Source: an uncultured Clostridia bacterium
GTDB lineage: Bacteria; Bacillota; Clostridia; TANB77; CAG-508
NCBI GenBank assembly: GCA_963558405.1
Contig: CAUWGC010000002.1
Coordinates: 32,001 to 96,000 of the forward strand
Reading direction: 5' to 3'
DNA: 64,000 nucleotides
Part shown: one piece after another, positions 57,787 to 64,000 of the stretch
How positions within the stretch are numbered: position 1 is the stretch's first letter
Layout of the letters: every line of letters begins with the position of its first letter
Translations under genes and position numbers: made by a program
The notes under the pieces: model-generated
Told to the model about the DNA's origin: nothing
The model's database searches: none
What the model saw: only the letters and a program-made list of their open reading frames with translations

Positions 57787-58446
57787 TTAAAATAACATTT
57801 TAACTAAAACATTATTTTCATACATTACATTTCCTATTATAGATTGTTTTATCGGTTTTGTAATGTTGTTTGCATTTACTAATGGAGCTACTACAGAAAT
57901 TATTCCTAATGCTAAATATACTAAGAATAAACCTTTTAATAATCCAAATAAAACTCCTCCTAATTTATTAAATTGTTTTAAAATTGGTAATTTAGCTATT
58001 AAATCTGAAAATACTTTTAATATCACTAAAATAATATTTGCAATTAAAAATAATACTATAAATGTTCCTGCATTAATAATTGTTATAGAAATACTTTGTG
58101 CAAATTCTTCTGCTAATGCTTCCTTAGTTTTATCAGCAGCATTTTCTATATTTTTATTAATATATTCTACAATAGCTTCTGTTGTTAAGCTGTTTGCTTC
58201 TTCTTCATTTGATGTTTCTTCTATTTGTGCTTTACTGTTTTCTTTAATAGATTGTGCTATTTGTTCATCCCAATTTGTATTTTTTACAATAAAAGTTCCT
58301 ACTGGTTTATACAATACCAATGCAATTATAATTGCTACAAAAAATGATATTATTTTAAAAGCAACTCCTATTAATCCTTTGCGGTATCCTCCCCAAATAC
58401 AAAGTCCAATAATAGCTACAATTATAAGATCTACTAAAATATTCAT
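57787..58446 (-). CDS. CvpA family membrane protein
   Basis: VDLII..GYRKGLI..NKLGGVLFGLLKG. Confidence 0.8.
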   Translation of the reverse strand: MNILVDLIIVAIIGLCIWGGYRKGLIGVAFKIISFFVAIIIALVLYKPVGTFIVKNTNWDEQIAQSIKENSKAQIEETSNEEEANSLTTEAIVEYINKNIENAADKTKEALAEEFAQSISITIINAGTFIVLFLIANIILVILKVFSDLIAKLPILKQFNKLGGVLFGLLKGLFLVYLALGIISVVAPLVNANNITKPIKQSIIGNVMYENNVLVKMLF

Positions 58447-58458
58447 TTTATTTACCTC

Positions 58459-59649
58459 CTATATTCCAAATACTTCTATTTTATCTCTGTATACAACTCC
58501 TGCAATACTATTTCCTATAACAACATCTCTTACTTCTTGAGTTGAAATATATTTTTTGATTAGCCATCCATTTGTGTTTATAAAATGTATTTCTGTTCCA
58601 AGGTGAATTGCAACTGTATTGTGATGTGTAAATACTTCTTTTGGAACTCTATCTATTTTATAAACATTTTCTTTTTTATTATTTGTATTAATCATTACAA
58701 TATTAGCACTTGATTTAAATAGACTTTCTTTTATTTCTTCTACTTTAAGAACATATCCATCTAAATCTATATCCATTACTATTATTTTTTCATCTTGTAA
58801 TTTAAATAATTCTTCTCTTGTTTGATTTTGCAAATATGAAATTCCTGTATCATACATGCATAATAATGAATTTTTATCTGTATATTTTATATCTAATATT
58901 AAGTTATTTTCTTCTGCAGAATATGTATAATACATTGAATTTTCTGGATCTGTTTGTGCTTTTTCTAAATTCATAATTTTAATATTAGATTGAATTAAAC
59001 TACCTAAAGTATTTACTTCTGCATATGCCAAATATTTATTGTCATTAGAAATAGCAACATCAATTGCTTTTGTTTGGGATAAATATTTAGTTGGAAGATC
59101 TTTTCCTTCTTTAGTGTAACTTACAATTACAGTTTTATATGTAGTTCCTGTTAATATTACAGAAACATATCCATTTTTATTTACACTTATTCTTGAAATT
59201 TCACCCTCTACATCTTTTTCCCAAACAATATTTTTTTCATCTATTAGATATAACTTTTTTCCATTTTTTTCAGCAATAACTAAAAAACGACCTTCGGAAT
59301 CATAGATTGGATTACTTACTTGTATTTTTAATTCTCCTTCATTTTTCCCAGAAGAATTATATAATGTAAGAATATTTCTATTTAATACTGTTACATATTT
59401 ATCATAAGCATAAATACTAGAATTTGACTCTCCATCTATTTCTATTATATTTGCATTATTTTCTTCTATCTTCTTTCTAAAAATATTAATGTCCATAAAT
59501 TCTCTAAATTGCAAATTTGAAATATAAAGAGCTGAAACAGTTCCTACTAATATTAATATTACTAATATACATGTTACTGTAATTACTTTTTTCTTATTTA
59601 CTTGTCTATTTTTTTTATTACCTTTTCCTTCACTATAGTAATCAATCAT
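58459..59649 (-). CDS. DUF5711-like membrane-anchored beta-propeller protein
   Basis: N-terminal TM, beta-rich repeats, next to cvpA. Confidence 0.65.
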   Translation of the reverse strand: MIDYYSEGKGNKKNRQVNKKKVITVTCILVILILVGTVSALYISNLQFREFMDINIFRKKIEENNANIIEIDGESNSSIYAYDKYVTVLNRNILTLYNSSGKNEGELKIQVSNPIYDSEGRFLVIAEKNGKKLYLIDEKNIVWEKDVEGEISRISVNKNGYVSVILTGTTYKTVIVSYTKEGKDLPTKYLSQTKAIDVAISNDNKYLAYAEVNTLGSLIQSNIKIMNLEKAQTDPENSMYYTYSAEENNLILDIKYTDKNSLLCMYDTGISYLQNQTREELFKLQDEKIIVMDIDLDGYVLKVEEIKESLFKSSANIVMINTNNKKENVYKIDRVPKEVFTHHNTVAIHLGTEIHFINTNGWLIKKYISTQEVRDVVIGNSIAGVVYRDKIEVFGI

Positions 59650-59723
59650 TTAATTACTCCTTTTTTACTACTTCTTCTTTTATATCAATTTTTTAGTTTT
59701 TTTTCAATAGAAAACTTCAAATT

Positions 59724-60767
59724 TTAATATACTTTTTGTTTATATAACGAAGAACAAAATAAAAATAGAATTTGTATAATTCCTAAATATCCAAAAATAG
59801 GATATAATACATTAACTAAATTAGAAAATCCTAAATGAGCTACAAACACACTGCTTATACATAAAAAAACATTTTTTAGAAAATATTTTTCATTTTCTTT
59901 TTCTCCATCTTTTAAAAAGCTATATCCTGTACATATTGCGGATGTAAAAATAGCAGCAACTATAACAAATCCATAAATATATGGATATATTTTTCCACAT
60001 AAATTTGCTACGTATATAATAGGTATTTCTATGCTATCAATTAGTATATCTATCTTAGTAAGAGTTACTAAGATACTAAAACTCATAATACCTAATATTA
60101 TTGTACATACTATTGCTGTTTCAAAAATATGTGATTTCTTTACTATATATTCTTTTAAAGGAATTAAAATAGGTATTAACAATATACTATTATAACTACT
60201 ATACAATATAGCACTTATAATCCAATTAGTACTGCTTTCAATTTTTAGCATTTTAATTTTGTCTATTATATTTATTTCAAATGTTTTTATTCCTAATATT
60301 AAAATAAATACTATTAAAATAGGTACTATAATAACATTAGCATTTATTATTCCTTTAATATCCTTGCAAAAAATAAAAAAAGAAGTTAAAGCTATAATTA
60401 AACTTCCTAATATAATAGGAAGCTTAAATTCCTGTTTAAAATATGTACTAAATCCAGATACCATTACATAAAAACTTATTAATATAAAAGATTTAATAAT
60501 CAAGTTTAGTACAATTATCAACTTGGATTTTCGATTTTTCTTTGTAATATGCACTAAAAAATCTTGATAGCTATTAATTGGATATTTTTGCAATATTATT
60601 AATGTTTTTGTAATTATAAGCCCTGTTAAAATTGAAGATAATAAAACAGCTTTTATAGATTCTTCTCCATATCTTCCAAAAAAGCTATATATTTCTTTTC
60701 CAGATGCAAAGCCTGCTCCTATCAAGCTTCCTATAATAACAAAAGTAATTTTTGCAACATTTTTCAA
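59724..60767 (-). CDS. YkvI-like membrane protein
   Basis: IGSLIGAGFASGKEI..FF; GFSNLV..LYPIFGYLG. Confidence 0.8.
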   Translation of the reverse strand: MKNVAKITFVIIGSLIGAGFASGKEIYSFFGRYGEESIKAVLLSSILTGLIITKTLIILQKYPINSYQDFLVHITKKNRKSKLIIVLNLIIKSFILISFYVMVSGFSTYFKQEFKLPIILGSLIIALTSFFIFCKDIKGIINANVIIVPILIVFILILGIKTFEINIIDKIKMLKIESSTNWIISAILYSSYNSILLIPILIPLKEYIVKKSHIFETAIVCTIILGIMSFSILVTLTKIDILIDSIEIPIIYVANLCGKIYPYIYGFVIVAAIFTSAICTGYSFLKDGEKENEKYFLKNVFLCISSVFVAHLGFSNLVNVLYPIFGYLGIIQILFLFCSSLYKQKVY

Positions 60768-60817
60768 AGTAAAGCCCCCTTTTCATTTTTATGAAAAGGG
60801 GTGCTAAAATATTCTTT

Positions 60818-62272
60818 TTATCTCTTTCTTCTTCTAATTTGCCATACAACAATTCCTATTAATACAATCACAGCTGGTACTGTAAAAATAATAATACGAA
60901 TTATATTATCTTGTTGTTGTGTTGCTGTATAAGTAACTGTACCTGTATTTTTACGAATTGTAATAGCATCTTCTCTTTGATTTAAATATGCAATAGAATT
61001 TAAAACTAAATCTTTATTATTATATACCAAAACAGAATTGATATATTGTTCTCCTGATACTATTCTAGAATCACTTGCAAATACTGCATTAGAATATACA
61101 ATCATAGTAGAATTTGTATTGTCATCTATTTTTTTAATAATTTCTGCTCCTAATGTAAATTCTCCTTGTTCATCTGTATCATTTAATTCATCTGAACCAT
61201 CTGTTAAATCTGTTCTAAAATAAGATGTAGAACTACTTGTTAAAATAGTATTTATTGTTAATCCTAATTCTTCTTTTTTGTTTTCATCTGGCATATTAAT
61301 TTTAGTTGCATCCATCATCATTATTCCACCATCAGATTCTAGATTTCTTGTAATACTAGTTGTAGAAATAATATTAGGTTTTATAAATTCAGGATTTTGA
61401 AAAGCCATTTTACTACTGTCTGTTTCTTTAATAATACCATTTGCAAAGCTAATACCATACAAATCTAGTACTTTTTGTACATTTGGTAGTTCTTTTCCTG
61501 TTAAATTTGGATCATTTAACCATAATATTTTTCCACCTTTATTAATATAATTCATTATTTTTTCTGTTTCTATATCAGAAAAATCTTTACTTGGTGATGC
61601 AATTATTAAAACATCACAATCTTCTGGCATTTCTTTTGCAAGTAAGTCTAAAGAATTAATAGTGTTTATATCATTTTCAATATATGCCCCTAATATTAAC
61701 ATTGTTTTTTGACCTGTATAATCTAAAGCATATTCTCCATGATTTGTTAAGAAATATATATTTGGTTTTTCATCAATAGTTGTTTCTAAAATACCATTTG
61801 TTAGTTTTTGTTCTGTAACATCAATACTTTCACCGGTATTATAATCAAATGTATAAAAATCTGATGTTGTTAATATTTTTTCTTTGTCTGAAGATTGTAT
61901 TACTACTGCTTGTGTATCTGTTGTTAATCCATATTTTTCTTGTAAATCTGGTCTACTTGCAGTATCTATTATTTCTACTTTTACCTTATCATTTATTTTT
62001 TGATATTGCTTTGATAAATCAACGATGGAATTATCTTCGTTAAATCCAAAGAAATATATTGTAACATCTTTTTTTACATTTTTAACTTGTTCTTTTGATT
62101 CATCTGATAAAGAATATAACTTTTGCTCTGTAATATCAATTGAAGTAAGATTTAAACTTCTTACCCACAAATTTAGGGCAATAAAAATAGCAATACAAAT
62201 AAAAATTAATAATATAGTCATTGCCGTTTTACTTAACCAATTTCTTTTTATTTTTTCAATAAATGTTTTCAA
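60818..62272 (-). CDS. GldG-like ABC transporter auxiliary protein
   Basis: DITEQKLYSLS, YFLTNHGE, YINKGGK, C-terminal TM plus RRRKR. Confidence 0.8.
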   Translation of the reverse strand: MKTFIEKIKRNWLSKTAMTILLIFICIAIFIALNLWVRSLNLTSIDITEQKLYSLSDESKEQVKNVKKDVTIYFFGFNEDNSIVDLSKQYQKINDKVKVEIIDTASRPDLQEKYGLTTDTQAVVIQSSDKEKILTTSDFYTFDYNTGESIDVTEQKLTNGILETTIDEKPNIYFLTNHGEYALDYTGQKTMLILGAYIENDINTINSLDLLAKEMPEDCDVLIIASPSKDFSDIETEKIMNYINKGGKILWLNDPNLTGKELPNVQKVLDLYGISFANGIIKETDSSKMAFQNPEFIKPNIISTTSITRNLESDGGIMMMDATKINMPDENKKEELGLTINTILTSSSTSYFRTDLTDGSDELNDTDEQGEFTLGAEIIKKIDDNTNSTMIVYSNAVFASDSRIVSGEQYINSVLVYNNKDLVLNSIAYLNQREDAITIRKNTGTVTYTATQQQDNIIRIIIFTVPAVIVLIGIVVWQIRRRKR

Positions 62273-62290
62273 TTTTATTTCTCCTTTCTT

Positions 62291-62971
62291 TTATTTTACT
62301 GTTTTTCTTCTTTGCAAAACTATAATTGTTAAAATAATAAATAGCAAAGTAAAGGATATATAAGTAACCAATTCATCTAAGGCAATAACTCCTGATGGAA
62401 ATTTATCAAACATATTTATAAGAGAAAAAGGTGCTAATGTTTGACTTAAACTAGGTATAAACCATGTTAAAATAAAAAATCCAATTGTAATTACTCCTGC
62501 AATAATTTGGTTTTCTGTTAAACTAGAAGCAAACATTCCAAAAGAAATATATGCCATTGCTAATAATAAAAATCCAAACATTGTTACAAGCGCAGTTACT
62601 ATTTGTGGTTTACCAAAATACATTAATATTCCAAAATACATAAAAGTAAATAATTCTGTTATAAATACAATAATTACAGCTGAAATAAATTTACCAAGTA
62701 CAATACTTGTAACGCTTCTTGGAGATGTTATAAGTAACTGTTCTGTTCCAGATTTTCTTTCCTCAGCAAACATTCTCATTGTTAAAATAGGAATAACAAA
62801 TGTTAAGATTGTAGAAGCTGAGTAAAATAAATATTCAAAGTTTGTACTTCTATATTGAATGATATCAATATAAAAGAAAATACTACACATTGCTAAAAAT
62901 AATCCAATGAATATGTATCCTATTGGTGATAAAAAATAAGATTTTACTTCTTTTTTTACAACTGCCCACAT
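62291..62971 (-). CDS. ABC-2 permease (GldF-like)
   Basis: KKEVKSYFLSPIGY, LTMRMFAEERKSGTEQLL. Confidence 0.88.
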   Translation of the reverse strand: MWAVVKKEVKSYFLSPIGYIFIGLFLAMCSIFFYIDIIQYRSTNFEYLFYSASTILTFVIPILTMRMFAEERKSGTEQLLITSPRSVTSIVLGKFISAVIIVFITELFTFMYFGILMYFGKPQIVTALVTMFGFLLLAMAYISFGMFASSLTENQIIAGVITIGFFILTWFIPSLSQTLAPFSLINMFDKFPSGVIALDELVTYISFTLLFIILTIIVLQRRKTVK

Positions 62972-63984
62972 TACTTACCTTCCTCCTTTTTATCTTCTAT
63001 TTTTTTCTTTTTATTTTTTGAATTTTCTTTAACTTCTTCATTAACTGTTTCTGTTTGACTTATCAATTTCATAAAAGCATCTTCTAATGTAGCTTCTGTT
63101 TTCTTTAATTCAAATATTGTTATTCCTGCTTTTGCAAATTCTTCAAAAATATCTTTTCTTATATCTTTATCATTATCACAAGTAATCATATATTGTTTTG
63201 TTCCATCTTCTAAGTCTTTTATTAATTTTATTTCTTTGATATTTTCAATAGTCTCTTTCATACTATCTATTTTGTTTTCTTTATCTTCTACTGTAACCAA
63301 TATAGAATTTGCTTCTTCTACTTTATTTTCTAAATTTTCTGGTGAGTCAATAGCTACTATTTTTCCTTTATTTATTATAATTACTTTTTCACAAATTTGG
63401 CTTACTTCTGACAAAATATGAGAACTTAAAATAACTGTATGTTCCTTTCCTAATGATTTTATCATAGTTCTAATTTCTGTAATTTGTTTTGGATCTAATC
63501 CTACTGTAGGTTCGTCTAAAATTAATACTTTTGGATTTCCTACCAAACTTCCAGCTAAGCTTACTCTTTGCTTATAACCTCTTGAAAGATTTTTTATTAT
63601 TTTATTTTGTACATCTTCTAATCCTGTTTTTTTAATAATATCTTCCACATTTTGTTTTCTTTCTTTTCTAGGAATCATTTTTAATTCTGCCATATAGTTT
63701 AAAAATTCCCTTGGTGTTAAATCTAAATATAAAGGTGTGCTTTCTGGCATATAACCTATATATTTTTTAGCTTTTTTAGGTTTTTTTAAAACATCCACAT
63801 TATTTATTAAAATTTCTCCTTCTGTTTGTTCTATAAAACCTGTAATCATATTCATTGTAGTACTTTTTCCGGCTCCATTTGGTCCTAATAAACCTACAAT
63901 TTGACCTTCACCGATTTCAAAACTAATGTTATCTACAGCAATAAAATTGCCATATTTTTTTGTAACATTCTTTAGTTCAATCAA
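62971..63984 (-). CDS. ABC transporter ATP-binding protein
   Basis: GPNGAGKST, LSRGYKQR, ILDEPT, SSH. Confidence 0.93.
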   Translation of the reverse strand: MIELKNVTKKYGNFIAVDNISFEIGEGQIVGLLGPNGAGKSTTMNMITGFIEQTEGEILINNVDVLKKPKKAKKYIGYMPESTPLYLDLTPREFLNYMAELKMIPRKERKQNVEDIIKKTGLEDVQNKIIKNLSRGYKQRVSLAGSLVGNPKVLILDEPTVGLDPKQITEIRTMIKSLGKEHTVILSSHILSEVSQICEKVIIINKGKIVAIDSPENLENKVEEANSILVTVEDKENKIDSMKETIENIKEIKLIKDLEDGTKQYMITCDNDKDIRKDIFEEFAKAGITIFELKKTEATLEDAFMKLISQTETVNEEVKENSKNKKKKIEDKKEEGK

Positions 63985-64000
63985 GTAAATCTCCTCCTTA

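Noticed and set aside
962-63421. Numerous antisense ORFs in the track (e.g. 962-1390, 20057-20488, 36218-36586, 57863-58540)
   Set aside because: They lie opposite well-supported genes and show no recognisable motifs.

Overview
Very AT-rich Clostridia-type (Firmicutes) chromosome. Host housekeeping and competence genes lie at about 1-9.6 kb (trmL, cysK, dps, frameshifted comM, dprA, yraN, recQ) and 54.2-64 kb (comEA, D,D-carboxypeptidase, LCP, ABC transporter). A small accessory patch (Fic, YHYH protein, gene remnant) lies at 9.7-12.4 kb. Between them is an apparently complete ~41.6-kb integrative conjugative element (12423-54019) inserted in an initiator tRNA-Met gene. The ICE carries a tyrosine integrase, a Tn916 Orf7/Orf8-like pair, a full-length Spo0A paralog, a type III RM cargo block, a thioester adhesin plus sortase, a Gram-positive T4SS, a MOBP-type relaxase, a leading region (ParB, RadC/JAB, ArdA) and a phage-like replication initiator. 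Most notable observations: (1) unrelated ICE proteins share an acidic C-terminal tail (EMEF-like), a candidate T4SS export or docking tag; (2) a Spo0A paralog sits next to a phased array of variant and canonical 0A boxes; (3) seven copies of a GGGTTTTGGAT-N17-TATAAT promoter; (4) a boxA-like motif and structured RNA alongside about ten internal terminators, suggesting antitermination; (5) the displaced tRNA fragment lacks the T-arm, so excision would break the tRNA. All product calls come from motif recognition by eye, not database searches.
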